Origin: Actinomycetes bacterium
Lineage (GTDB): Bacteria > Actinomycetota > Actinomycetes > JBOGEN01
Reading direction: 5' to 3'
Assembly: GCA_050743265.1 (NCBI GenBank)
Contig: JBOGEN010000069.1
Span: 1,987 to 65,986, forward strand
DNA: 64,000 nt
Below the pieces are notes generated by a model, which was given only the letters and a program-made list of their open reading frames with translations, did not search any database and had not been told where the DNA came from. Below are positions 54,425 through 63,808 of the stretch, piece after piece (position 1 is the first letter of the stretch; every line of letters starts with the position of its first letter). Both the position numbers and the translations under genes were made by a program.

Positions 54425-55944
54425 CAGTTGAGCCTCTCCGCCGGGACGTCGCCGTACCAGTCGACGCCGGTGGGAGCGGTGCGGACGGTGACCGACCGCA
54501 CGTGCGTGAAGTCGTGGAAGGACTCCCAGCCGCTCTCCCGTCCCACGCCGCTGTCTCGTACGCCGCCCCAGGGCGAGGCCGGGTCCAGCCGGTGGTGGTC
54601 GTTGACCCAGACGATGCCATGGCTCAGCCGGCCGGCGACGCGGTGCGCCCGGGCGACGTCCCGCGTCCAGATCGCGGACCCGAGGCCGTACGCCGAGGCG
54701 TTGGCCTGGGCCACGGCGTCGTCCTCGTCCTCGAACGGAATGACCGCGACGACCGGCCCGAAGATCTCCTCGCGGGCGACGCGCATGTCGTTGCGCACGT
54801 GGGTGAGCACCGTCGGCTCCACGAAGAACCCGCCCTCGCACCCGGGCACCTGCACGGCGCTGCCGCCCGTGGCGACGGTCGCCCCCTCGTCCCGCGCCGA
54901 TTGGACGTAGTCGAGGACCCGCCGCCGGGCGGTCGCCGAGATCACAGGGCCGAGCTGGGTGTCGGGCCGCGCGGGGTCGCCGATGCGGATGGCCTTGCTC
55001 TGGGCCACGAGCGCGGCGACCAGGTCGTCGTGGATCTCGCGCTGGACGAGGAGCCGTGTCCCGGCGATGCACGTCTGGCCGGCACCCACGAAGGCGCCGA
55101 ACGCGGCTCCCCTCGCCGTCTCCTCCACCGGGGAGTCCGCGAAGACGAGCACGGGCGTCTTGCCGCCGAGCTCGAGCGTCACCTTCGCCATCCGCTCAGC
55201 CGCCAGCCGCGCGACTGCCCGCCCGGGCTCGGTGCCGCCGGTGAAGGTGACCTTCCCGACGTCCGGGTGCCCGGCCAGCGCGGCACCGGCAACCGGCCCC
55301 TCGCCCTGCACCACGTTGAGCACGCCCGGGGGCAAGCCGCTCTCGTCGGCGATCTCGCCGAGCACGATGCTGGTCAGCGGGGTCTGCTCGGACGGCTTGA
55401 GCAGGACGCTGTTGCCGGTGGCGAGCGCCGGCGCCAACGCCTTCGAGCCGATCATGAGCGGGTGGTTGAACGAGGACAGGATCGCGACCACGCCGATCGG
55501 GAACCGCTGCGTGTACGAGTGGTAGGGGCCCGGCATCGGCACGACGGAGCTCCGGTCGGCCACGAGCAGCGCGGCGTTGTACCGGTACCACTCGGGCAGG
55601 CGTGAGATCTGCGCCCGCGTCTCCGTGATCGGGCGCCCGTTGTTCAGGGTCTCCAGCCGGTACAGCTCGTCGATGCGCTCCTCGATGCGGTCGGCGAACC
55701 GATGCAGCACGCGCGCCCGCTCGGCGATCGGGAGCTCGCTCCAGACGCCCTGGGCGAACGTCTCCCGCGCGACGCTCGCCGCCCGGTCGATGTCCTCGGG
55801 CCCTGCGGCTGCCACGCGGGCGATCTCCTGGCCCGTCGCCGGGTTGAGCACGCCCAACGTCTGTCCGGAGGTGGCGGGGATCTCCTCCCCGCCGACCAGC
55901 AGACCTCGTTCGACGACGTGCTCGTCACTGGCGATCGCGGCCAT
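54424..55944 (-). CDS. Aldehyde dehydrogenase family protein
   Basis: 'LELGGKTPVLVF' and 'FVGAGQTCIAGTRLLV' (catalytic Cys) plus 'EEIFGPVV'. ATG at 55944 with a GAGAGGTGAG RBS. Confidence 0.9.
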   Translation of the reverse strand: MAAIASDEHVVERGLLVGGEEIPATSGQTLGVLNPATGQEIARVAAAGPEDIDRAASVARETFAQGVWSELPIAERARVLHRFADRIEERIDELYRLETLNNGRPITETRAQISRLPEWYRYNAALLVADRSSVVPMPGPYHSYTQRFPIGVVAILSSFNHPLMIGSKALAPALATGNSVLLKPSEQTPLTSIVLGEIADESGLPPGVLNVVQGEGPVAGAALAGHPDVGKVTFTGGTEPGRAVARLAAERMAKVTLELGGKTPVLVFADSPVEETARGAAFGAFVGAGQTCIAGTRLLVQREIHDDLVAALVAQSKAIRIGDPARPDTQLGPVISATARRRVLDYVQSARDEGATVATGGSAVQVPGCEGGFFVEPTVLTHVRNDMRVAREEIFGPVVAVIPFEDEDDAVAQANASAYGLGSAIWTRDVARAHRVAGRLSHGIVWVNDHHRLDPASPWGGVRDSGVGRESGWESFHDFTHVRSVTVRTAPTGVDWYGDVPAERLN

Positions 55945-55975
55945 GCTCACCTCTCGGGCAGCGCATGCTGGGCTG

Positions 55976-56722
55976 CTAGACGACGGGTTGGTCCTGGGCT
56001 GGGGAGTCCTGCGGGTCGTACGCGTCGTTCGCGTTGTGCGAGGCCGGCGCGTCCTGCTCCGCTCGGGGCGCGAAGCCCGTGGCCTCGCGCTCGAGAAGGT
56101 GGCCCAGGATGAAGTCATGGGACGTTGCGAGATGGTCCCTGACCAGGCGCTCCACCACGCCGGGGTCACCGTCGGCCACGGCGGCCGCGATGTCGTGGTG
56201 CTCCTGCTGCAGGTGACGGGTTGCCTCGATGTGCGACAGGTGGACGCGCAGGTAGCGCTCCGTCTGCCGGCGCAGGTTGTCGACGAGCGCGATCATGCGG
56301 GGGCGGCCCGACTGCGCGTACACCTGGATGTGGAAGGTGGCATGGGCGTCCAGCCACTCCGGGCTCTCCTCGACGTGCTCCATGCGCTCGAGGCACCCGG
56401 CCATGACGAGCCGTTGCGCACGCCCGACGTGCGGGACCGCGAGCCGGCAGGCCAGGGGTTCGATCGCGCCACGGAGCTCGTACAGCTCCTGCAGGTCGGG
56501 CAGCGTCAGCGGCGCGACGAGCGCACTACCGCGGGACGGGAGGTCCACGAGGCCCTCTGTCGCGAGCCGGCGGAGCGCGTCCCGCACCGGGATGCGGCTG
56601 ACGCCGAACTGCGCGGCGAGGTCGGCCTGGGACAGCCGGGTGCCCTGGGGCAGGTCGTGGGACAGGATGCGCTCACGCAGGCGCGAAACGATGCGATCCG
56701 GTGCTCCACCCGACCTGGTCAC
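55976..56722 (-). CDS. GntR family transcriptional regulator (FCD subfamily)
   Basis: The HTH 'LAAQFGVSRIPVRDALRRLATEGLV' plus an FCD domain. Confidence 0.85.
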   Translation of the reverse strand: MTRSGGAPDRIVSRLRERILSHDLPQGTRLSQADLAAQFGVSRIPVRDALRRLATEGLVDLPSRGSALVAPLTLPDLQELYELRGAIEPLACRLAVPHVGRAQRLVMAGCLERMEHVEESPEWLDAHATFHIQVYAQSGRPRMIALVDNLRRQTERYLRVHLSHIEATRHLQQEHHDIAAAVADGDPGVVERLVRDHLATSHDFILGHLLEREATGFAPRAEQDAPASHNANDAYDPQDSPAQDQPVV

Positions 56723-56825
56723 CTGAATCGGTATACAGATTGCCTGTTCGGTATGTCAATGCTTCTCAGGAAGAATGCACGATTGTCGGTTTGCTGACCG
56801 ATGCCGCCTCCGTGCCCCCGTGCTG

Positions 56826-57476
56826 TCAGGACGGGGAGGACGCGTCCGGCGTGGCCGTGTACGCAGCGGCCGTCCGTGCGGCCCTGGCCTCCGCGTCGGC
56901 CGCGTCGGCCCCGGCGGCGATGTGGGCCTCGCACCAGGCCTGGCTGCAGAGCCTCACGAACTGCTTGCCGTCGTCCGACGCGACCCAGGCGGCGCTGCCC
57001 TCCGGGTCGACGACCTGGCCTGACGCGAGGTGGACGCCCAGGCCCAGGAGGAGCGCGAGGTCCCAGCCGATCCCGACCGCGCCGGGGCCGAACTCCGCCC
57101 AGTGCTCGTCGGGGTACGCGAGGTGCTCGAGCTCGAATCGGGTCCCGCCGCCCGGTGCCGCGGTGAGACGGACCTCGATCCACGTGGTCTGGCCGCCGTA
57201 CTCCCAGGTAGCCGCGAAGCTCATCGGCGGGTCGCACCGCTCGACCGTGCCGCCCGCGTTGCCTTCGAGCTGGTAACGGCCGCCGAGCCGCAGGTCACCC
57301 GAGAGCGGCAGGAACCAGCGGGGGATGCGCTCGGGGTTCGTACAGGCGTCCCACACGTCGTCGATGCCGGCGTCGTACGTCTGGCTGATGGTCACGGTCT
57401 GGGCCTCGCCGGCCTCCAGCGTGCGGGCGCCGACCTGACGCCGCACGGCGTTGACCTGCTGCCTCACCTCGATCAC
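56826..57476 (-). CDS. SRPBCC family protein (AHSA1/activator of Hsp90 ATPase-like)
   Basis: GTG start overlaps the ArsR stop (GTGA); 'TVTISQTYDAGIDDVWDACTNPERIPRWF'. Confidence 0.8.
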   Translation of the reverse strand: MIEVRQQVNAVRRQVGARTLEAGEAQTVTISQTYDAGIDDVWDACTNPERIPRWFLPLSGDLRLGGRYQLEGNAGGTVERCDPPMSFAATWEYGGQTTWIEVRLTAAPGGGTRFELEHLAYPDEHWAEFGPGAVGIGWDLALLLGLGVHLASGQVVDPEGSAAWVASDDGKQFVRLCSQAWCEAHIAAGADAADAEARAARTAAAYTATPDASSPS

Positions 57477-57901
57477 GGGGAAACGCCTCCCTCGTCCGCT
57501 GCGCCGCCCATGGCCTCGTCGGCCACGGCTTCGTCGTCTGGGGCTTCGTCGTCTGGGGCTTCGTCGTCCGTACGCAGCCGCCTGTCGCGCCGGCCACGGG
57601 CCAGCTCCGTCGCCAGGGCGTCTAGGGGTGGCGTCCAGAAGCGCCGGAACGCGTCGAGCCAGGCGTCGACCTCCCGCAGCGGCTCGGAGCTCACCGCGTA
57701 CAGCCGACGGGTTCCCTCCGGCCGTACGGTCGCGAAGCCGCTCTCGCGCAGGACCCTGAGGTGCTGCGACACCGCCGGCTGGGAGATACCGAACTCCTCC
57801 TGGATCAACGCACACACCGCGCCGGAGGCCATCTCCCCGTCAATGAGCAGCTCGAGGATCCTGCGGCGCACCGGGTCGCCGAGCACATCGAACGCCTGCA
57901 C
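57473..57901 (-). CDS. ArsR/SmtB family transcriptional regulator with an acidic repeat tail
   Basis: 'FDVLGDPVRRRILELL' and 'ISQPAVSQHLRVLRESGF'; the C-terminus has (DDEAP)x2-DDEAVADEA repeats. Confidence 0.85.
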   Translation of the reverse strand: MQAFDVLGDPVRRRILELLIDGEMASGAVCALIQEEFGISQPAVSQHLRVLRESGFATVRPEGTRRLYAVSSEPLREVDAWLDAFRRFWTPPLDALATELARGRRDRRLRTDDEAPDDEAPDDEAVADEAMGGAADEGGVSP

Positions 57902-57924
57902 GAACCGGAGAGTAGCGGATCGCT

Positions 57925-57960
57925 CTTATATAAGTCAACACTTATATTGAGTGCGCCGGC
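57925..57960. promoter_or_regulatory. AT-rich putative ArsR operator/promoter (self-palindromic CTTATATAAG plus the related CTTATATTGAG)
   Basis: The only AT-rich island in this area; it lies immediately upstream of the arsR start. Confidence 0.35.
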
Positions 57961-58320
57961 GCGGTCTACGCGACGGGTGGCACGTTCTGGTTGAGCCGGA
58001 ACAGACTCGCCGGGTCGAGGCGCCGCTTCAGTGCCACAAGACGGCCCAGGCCGGTGCGCCGTGGTTCATCGACGGCTGACCCGTGGCGGTGCGACCGCCC
58101 TCCCGGGGGCGGTGCCGCGACGGGGTCGCCCCGTCACCCGAGGTCACCTGCATCGGTGCGCCCGCGGTGGGATTGCTGATCGGTGCGCGGAGGCCACGTC
58201 CTCGGAGTAGATTCCCGCCACCGCCGCGGCTCGGGGCGCGGACCGGGCCGAACGTCCTGCCGCGCCGCGCCGTGCCCTGCTCGTCGGTGCCGGCGCGCGG
58301 CGCCGCGAGAGGAGCGCGTG

Positions 58321-59820
58321 ATGCGCGTACCAGTCTTCGTCCTGGCGACGACCCTGGCGACCGCCACGGTGACTGTGGTGGCGCCGACGTCGGCGAACGC
58401 CCAGGTGCTGGAGTGCCAGGTCGAGGTCCCGATCGTCGGCGACATCGACAGTGACGGCCAAGCGGATCTCGCCGTGGGAGTGCCCAACCGGATGGACGAC
58501 ACCGGCGGCGTCGACCTTCGCCTGACGCGCGCGGACGACCGCGTGCTGACCCGGACGATCGCCGGACTCGGGGCGGGAGCTGCGGGCGACCGGTTCGGCG
58601 CGTCCGTCGCGCTGGGCGACCTGGAGGACGACGGGTGCGACGAGATCGTCACCGGGGCACCGGGGGTGAGCGGTGACGCGGGTCGCGTGTACGTCGTCTT
58701 CGGGGCGGCGGACACGGGGTTCGAGAGCACGGGGGCGATCACGCTCGACGACTCGTCCAGCGGCGACCGTTTCGGCGCCGCGGTAGCGCTCTCACCCAAC
58801 GAGGCAGGCGCCGGGTTCGACCTGTGGGTGGGTGCACCCTTCGACGACGTCGACGGGGTGTCGAACGCGGGATCGGTCACCCACTACGCGGTGACGGCCT
58901 CCGGCGGCGAGGCCACCGTGGGGCCACCGATCGAGACCCTGACCCAGAACTCGGCAGGCGTCCCCGGGGTCGCCGAAGCAGGCGACCACTTCGGTGCCGT
59001 GCTGTCCGCCACGCGGCTCGGCGTCTTCGTCGGCCAGCCGGACGAGGCCATCGGCACCCAGGCCGAGGCGGGGTCGATGACGCTCCTGCAGACGAGCGAC
59101 GACGACGTCGAGGTCGACGGCGCGTTCTCGTGGTCGCAGGACAGCCCCGGCGTCGCCGGTGACGCCGAGGCCGGCGACCGGTTCGGTGCGGCGGTCAACG
59201 CCCTCAGCTTCTTCGCGGTCGTGGGCGTCCCGGGTGAGGACCTGGGCACCAGGCGCAACGCCGGCCTGGCCCAGACGTTCCTCCCGGAGACCATCGTCAC
59301 CGTCGAGCCCGGGCACGGGGTCACGCAGGACGCGCCCGGCATTCCCGGCGACGCGGAGGCCGGCGACCGGTTCGGCGCCGCGGCCGTCATGGGGAACAAC
59401 CTCACCTGCTTCGACGACGCGGTGGACGCGGCGGTCGGCGCACCAGGCGAGGACCTCCGGGTCGGTGGCAGCACGAGGACGAACGCCGGCACCGTCATCG
59501 CGTTCAACATCCGGGCCAACGAGGACTGCACCGCCCGCAGCATCAACCAGAACACGTCCCTCGGCGGCGCCCCCGAGGACGGTGACCAGCTCGGCAGCAC
59601 ACTCAGCCTCCGGCGCCGCCCGGACGACCAGGACGACATCAGCGACCGTCCGTTCGTCGGCGTTCCCGGGGAGGACTACGACGGCACCACGGACGCAGGG
59701 CTCGTCCAGGTGACGCCACCACCGCTCGGGAACGACGTCGGCGCCGGGTCCGGCTTCAGCAACGGCCCACGCGCCGACCTCCGGTACGGCACGGTGATCG
59801 GCTCACCCGCGGAAGGCTGA
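58321..59820 (+). CDS. Secreted FG-GAP repeat (integrin-alpha-like) protein
   Basis: GAGGAG RBS; signal peptide 'MRVPVFVLATTLATATVTVVAPTSANA'; repeated 'GD.FGAAV...GAPG.D' modules. Confidence 0.8.
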   Translation: MRVPVFVLATTLATATVTVVAPTSANAQVLECQVEVPIVGDIDSDGQADLAVGVPNRMDDTGGVDLRLTRADDRVLTRTIAGLGAGAAGDRFGASVALGDLEDDGCDEIVTGAPGVSGDAGRVYVVFGAADTGFESTGAITLDDSSSGDRFGAAVALSPNEAGAGFDLWVGAPFDDVDGVSNAGSVTHYAVTASGGEATVGPPIETLTQNSAGVPGVAEAGDHFGAVLSATRLGVFVGQPDEAIGTQAEAGSMTLLQTSDDDVEVDGAFSWSQDSPGVAGDAEAGDRFGAAVNALSFFAVVGVPGEDLGTRRNAGLAQTFLPETIVTVEPGHGVTQDAPGIPGDAEAGDRFGAAAVMGNNLTCFDDAVDAAVGAPGEDLRVGGSTRTNAGTVIAFNIRANEDCTARSINQNTSLGGAPEDGDQLGSTLSLRRRPDDQDDISDRPFVGVPGEDYDGTTDAGLVQVTPPPLGNDVGAGSGFSNGPRADLRYGTVIGSPAEG

Positions 59821-59868
59821 GCCCGCACTGCCGGTACGTACGCCCCACCGGCGAGCGGCCGAACGGAC

Positions 59869-61368
59869 CTACGGCGAGGCGATGTCCTTCGCCGACCCGG
59901 TGAGCTGGAGGATGTGCATCCCCGTGTTGGCCCGGTCGACGATGTAGATGTAGCCGCGGTCGTCCACCTCGACGTTGTTCGTCTGGATGGCGGTCGCGCA
60001 GCGCTCCTCACCGTTGAGCGTGCCGCAGTTCTCGATGGTGTTCTCCGTGGTGGCGGGGATGTAGTAGCCCGCCTCGCGGGGCGAGAACGGGTTGCGGATG
60101 TCGATCGCCCGTACCCCGGCGTTGAACCAGGACACGAAGACCAGCTTCTTGTCGTACATCGGCGGGACGTTCTCGTTGGACGAGTGGGCGCCGAAGCGTC
60201 CGCCACGTTCGCAGAAGTGCCCCGCCCGCTCGTCGACGTGGTAGTTCGAGATGATCTGCGGCTTGGCCGGGTCGGTGATGTCGGCCATGTAGACCATCTC
60301 CGGGCCCGGGTCCGGGGCTGCGCAGTAGTTCTCCCCCGACTCGTTGACGACGACGGCGATGTCGCGGTTGGCGCCGGTCGGGTAGTGCTCGAAGCTACGG
60401 ACGGGGATGTCCAGGATCGGCAGCGTCGTGTGCGCCCCACCGCAGAACGGGCACAGCTCGAGCCGGGAGATCTGCGGCGCGAACAGGTTCTCGGGTGTCG
60501 GCTCGGGCGGACCGTTGAGCAGCTTGTCCCGGTCGACGATCTGCATGATGCCGTTGCGCTCCGTGCCGTAGCCGAAGTACACCTTGTCGCCGCGCCGGAT
60601 CGGGCCGTGCACCTCGGTCGGCACCGGGCCGGTCGACCCCGGCTCCTGGCCGACCAGTCCGAAGTCACGGATGTGGACCGGCTGGGTCGGGTCGCTGAGG
60701 TCGTAGATCTGCGTCATGCGGTCGGTCCGCCAGCCATCCGCGGCCGAGACGAGGTACGCGATGCCGGTGTCGCACTCCCACCAGTTCTTGTGCGTGCCCC
60801 TGCCGGCGTCGATGGTGGTGAGCAGCTCGGGGTTCTCCGGGTCGGTCACGTCCCAGACCTCGTGGGCCTCGTCACCCGCGGCCCGCAGCAGGTACTCCGT
60901 GCCGGGCTGGCCGTTCGGCAGGTCGGCGCCGTTGCACACCCGGGTCATCTGCGCGCCGACCCCCGAAGCCGGGCCGGGGATGTGGTGCAGGTACGTGGGG
61001 TTCTCAGGGTCGGACACGTCGACGAGCGACGTGCCGTTGGGCTCCTCCTCGCCGGTGAGTGAGTTGACCACCGTGCCCTCGTGGTGGCCCACGTACGCGA
61101 TCCACTGACCCGTGGTCGCGTTGCGGTCGATGACGGGCTGGTACGCGGAACGGGCCTGCAGGTCGTCCGTACCGACCAGGGCCATGTTCTTTCCCTCGGC
61201 GCGGCCGGTGCTGGACTGCGCCCCCGACTCGTCGGCGGGGACGACCAGGAACCCGACCGCCCCGACCAGGGCGCTCACGCCGACAGCGGCTACGCGCAGC
61301 GCGCCCCTGGGTGAGCGCCAGGACATGCCGGCTCGTGCTCTGCGGAGGATCCGCACTCGTTGCTCCAT
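59869..61368 (-). CDS. Secreted beta-propeller-like protein (LVIVD-repeat-like)
   Basis: Start at 'MEQRV' with a GAGGAG RBS and a long signal-like N-region; C-terminal 'DDRGYIYIVDRANTGMHILQLTG'. Confidence 0.65.
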   Translation of the reverse strand: MEQRVRILRRARAGMSWRSPRGALRVAAVGVSALVGAVGFLVVPADESGAQSSTGRAEGKNMALVGTDDLQARSAYQPVIDRNATTGQWIAYVGHHEGTVVNSLTGEEEPNGTSLVDVSDPENPTYLHHIPGPASGVGAQMTRVCNGADLPNGQPGTEYLLRAAGDEAHEVWDVTDPENPELLTTIDAGRGTHKNWWECDTGIAYLVSAADGWRTDRMTQIYDLSDPTQPVHIRDFGLVGQEPGSTGPVPTEVHGPIRRGDKVYFGYGTERNGIMQIVDRDKLLNGPPEPTPENLFAPQISRLELCPFCGGAHTTLPILDIPVRSFEHYPTGANRDIAVVVNESGENYCAAPDPGPEMVYMADITDPAKPQIISNYHVDERAGHFCERGGRFGAHSSNENVPPMYDKKLVFVSWFNAGVRAIDIRNPFSPREAGYYIPATTENTIENCGTLNGEERCATAIQTNNVEVDDRGYIYIVDRANTGMHILQLTGSAKDIASP

Positions 61369-61585
61369 TTGCCCGCTCCTCGGGGTCACGTGGATCACCT
61401 ACGCGAGGGGCAGGAGCGGCGAACCCAGGATGCGGGGAGCCTCGTACGGCTGACCCATCGCTGCCTGTGCCGTTCGTTCGGGGAGTGGCCTCCGGGATCA
61501 GCCGTCCTGCATCCTATAGAACGGATTGTGCACGCATGGGTCATCCGTCACAAGACGTGATGACATGTCCGAGTCAGACCGGATG

Positions 61586-61999
61586 TCAGCCGGACCGGCG
61601 GACGACCTGCTCGGCCAGCTTCGCCGGCGCGAGGAAGCAGTAGCTCTCGCTGAGGAGCTCGGCGACCTCGTCCCAGTCGACGCCCGTCTCGAGCAGAAGG
61701 CCCGCGACCTCGCGTCCCCACCGGGCCCGGAAGAACGGATGGCCGACGCTGGTCACCGCCTCCAGCTCGGTCAGCGGCAGGCGGAAGGTCAGCGCGACGA
61801 CGGACTCGTCGGTACCCACGGCCCGGGCGTAGGCCGGCGGCCACCCCGACTCGACGCGGAGCACGTGGGCGAAGGTGCTCGTACGGATGCGCCAACGCAC
61901 TCCCACCCAGGCCGGCTCCTCGTACGCCTCGGGCAGCTCGAGGCACACGGACCGGAGCCGGGTGACGATCTCGTCCGGGACGTCCGCCGATCCAGCCAC
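61586..61999 (-). CDS. MmcQ/YjbR family DNA-binding protein
   Basis: '...EPAWVGVRWRIRTSTFAHVL...'. Confidence 0.75.
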   Translation of the reverse strand: MAGSADVPDEIVTRLRSVCLELPEAYEEPAWVGVRWRIRTSTFAHVLRVESGWPPAYARAVGTDESVVALTFRLPLTELEAVTSVGHPFFRARWGREVAGLLLETGVDWDEVAELLSESYCFLAPAKLAEQVVRRSG

Positions 62000-62086
62000 C
62001 GCCCCTCCCCTCGTGCGGAGAACCGACTCAGGTGGAGGGTAGCCCGCGACCCCCCGCCGACCGGGCCGTCTGCCCTGCCGAGGCGG

Positions 62087-62881
62087 TCACGTGAACCAGT
62101 CCTCCAGGGGCACGCGCGCCGTCAGCGGCGAGAGGTCGCCGGTGTCACGGACCACCACCGCCGCGTCGGCCAACGCCCTGGCCGCGACCCAGGTCAGGCT
62201 TCCGCCGACACTCACCCGCCGGGCACCGGCTCCCGCGATCTCCGCCATCGTCAGCCCGGGCAAGGCGAGGACGTTCACCGGCCTGGTCACGGATTCGCAC
62301 ACCGCACTGATCTCGTGGACGTCGCGCAGGCCGGGGGCGTACAGGACGTCGGCCCCGGCCTCCTCGAAGGCCTGCAGCCGGCTGATCGTGTCCTCGAGGT
62401 CGGGGTTGCCGCGGATGTGGTTCTCGGCCCGAGCCGTCACCGTGAACGGGAAGCCCAGACCGTGCGCCGACTCGACGGCGGCCGCGATCCGCTCCTTGGC
62501 GTACGCGAGGGAGTAGAGGGACCCCTCGGGGTCGTAGTCCTCGATCGAGGCCCCGACCGCGCCGGCCCCTGCCGCGCGCCGCACCGCGAGCGCAGCGCTC
62601 CCCGGGTCGGCGCCGTACCCGTTCTCGAGGTCGACCGTGAGCGGCAGGTCCGTTGCCGCGTCCAGCGCTGCCGCGTGCTGGACCACCTCGTCCAGCGTGA
62701 CCTGCCCGTCGAGGCGACCGAGCGTGAACGCGAAGCCCGAGCTCGTGGTGGCCAGCGCCGGGAAGCCGAGCGCGGCCAGGACGCGTGCCGACCCCACGTC
62801 CCAGGGGTTCGGGAGGACGAACGGCTCCCCCTCGTGCAGCGCCCGGAACGCGGCGCCCTTCTCCTGTTGTCTGCTCACCGA
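62087..62881 (-). CDS. Isocitrate lyase/PEP mutase family protein (2-methylisocitrate lyase or carboxyvinyl-carboxyphosphonate phosphorylmutase-like)
   Basis: 'AAFRALHEGEPFVLPNPWDVGSARVLAALGF' and 'VDLENGYG'; start approximate (GTG near 62881). Confidence 0.8.
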   Translation of the reverse strand, partial: SVSRQQEKGAAFRALHEGEPFVLPNPWDVGSARVLAALGFPALATTSSGFAFTLGRLDGQVTLDEVVQHAAALDAATDLPLTVDLENGYGADPGSAALAVRRAAGAGAVGASIEDYDPEGSLYSLAYAKERIAAAVESAHGLGFPFTVTARAENHIRGNPDLEDTISRLQAFEEAGADVLYAPGLRDVHEISAVCESVTRPVNVLALPGLTMAEIAGAGARRVSVGGSLTWVAARALADAAVVVRDTGDLSPLTARVPLEDWFT

Positions 62882-63055
62882 CGACACGATCCCAGGGTGG
62901 CACTGCCCTCCGTCAGTCTCACCCCTCGGCCCTCCGAAGTCCGCCTCCCCGACCGAGCGACGCTCGAGCACCTCGAGCACCTCCCGCGACACCGCAAGCA
63001 CGTCGGCCCCGAGGTCGACGGCCACGGACACGTGCCCCCGTGCTCCGGACAGGCG

Positions 63056-63808
63056 TCAGCTGGCACTGCAGTACAGCGAGCCTCCGTCGACCAGCAGCTC
63101 GGCGGCGGTGATGAACCCCGCTTCGCTGGACGCCACGAAACCCACGGCATGCGCGATGTCCTCGGGAGCGGCGCCCCGGCCGAGCACGTTCAGCCGTTGG
63201 CGATCGGAGGGTTCCTCGTCCTCTCCCACCGGCGAACCGACCTTGTTCGGCGTCACCGTGTTGACCCGGATGCCGTGCGGGCCCAGCTGTGTCGCGAGGG
63301 ACCGGGTCAGCGTCGTGACCGCCCCCTTGGCGGCCGAGTACGCCGTCGCGTTCGCCCGCCCGCGGTGTCCCGAGGTCGAGCCGATGTTCACGATCACCCC
63401 GGCCCTGCCCTGTGCGACCATCGTCCGGGCCACGTACTTGCTGCAGAGGAAGACACTGTCGAGGGTGGTGGCCAGGACCCGGTGCCACAGGTCCTCGTCG
63501 AGGTCGAGCACCGTGCGCCCTCGGTCGGTGATGGCGACGTTGTTGACGAGGACGTCGATGCCGCCGAAGGCCTGCACGACGTGGTCGACCATGCGCTGCA
63601 CGTCGTCGGACGAGGAGACGTCGCACCGCACGAAGAGCGCGGAGCCGGGACGCACTCCCTCCAGCTCGGCAACGGTCGACTCCCCGCGTCCGTCGTCGAG
63701 ATCGACGACCGCGACACGGGCCCCGTCGCACACGAGTCGGCGGGCGATGGCCTGGCCGACGTTTCGCCCGCCTCCGGTGACGACTGCCACCTTGCCGTCG
63801 AACCCCAT
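63056..63808 (-). CDS. SDR family oxidoreductase
   Basis: 'KVAVVTGGGRNVGQAIARRL' and 'YSAAKGAV'; start at the internal ATG with an AGGGGAG RBS. Confidence 0.85.
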   Translation of the reverse strand: MGFDGKVAVVTGGGRNVGQAIARRLVCDGARVAVVDLDDGRGESTVAELEGVRPGSALFVRCDVSSSDDVQRMVDHVVQAFGGIDVLVNNVAITDRGRTVLDLDEDLWHRVLATTLDSVFLCSKYVARTMVAQGRAGVIVNIGSTSGHRGRANATAYSAAKGAVTTLTRSLATQLGPHGIRVNTVTPNKVGSPVGEDEEPSDRQRLNVLGRGAAPEDIAHAVGFVASSEAGFITAAELLVDGGSLYCSAS

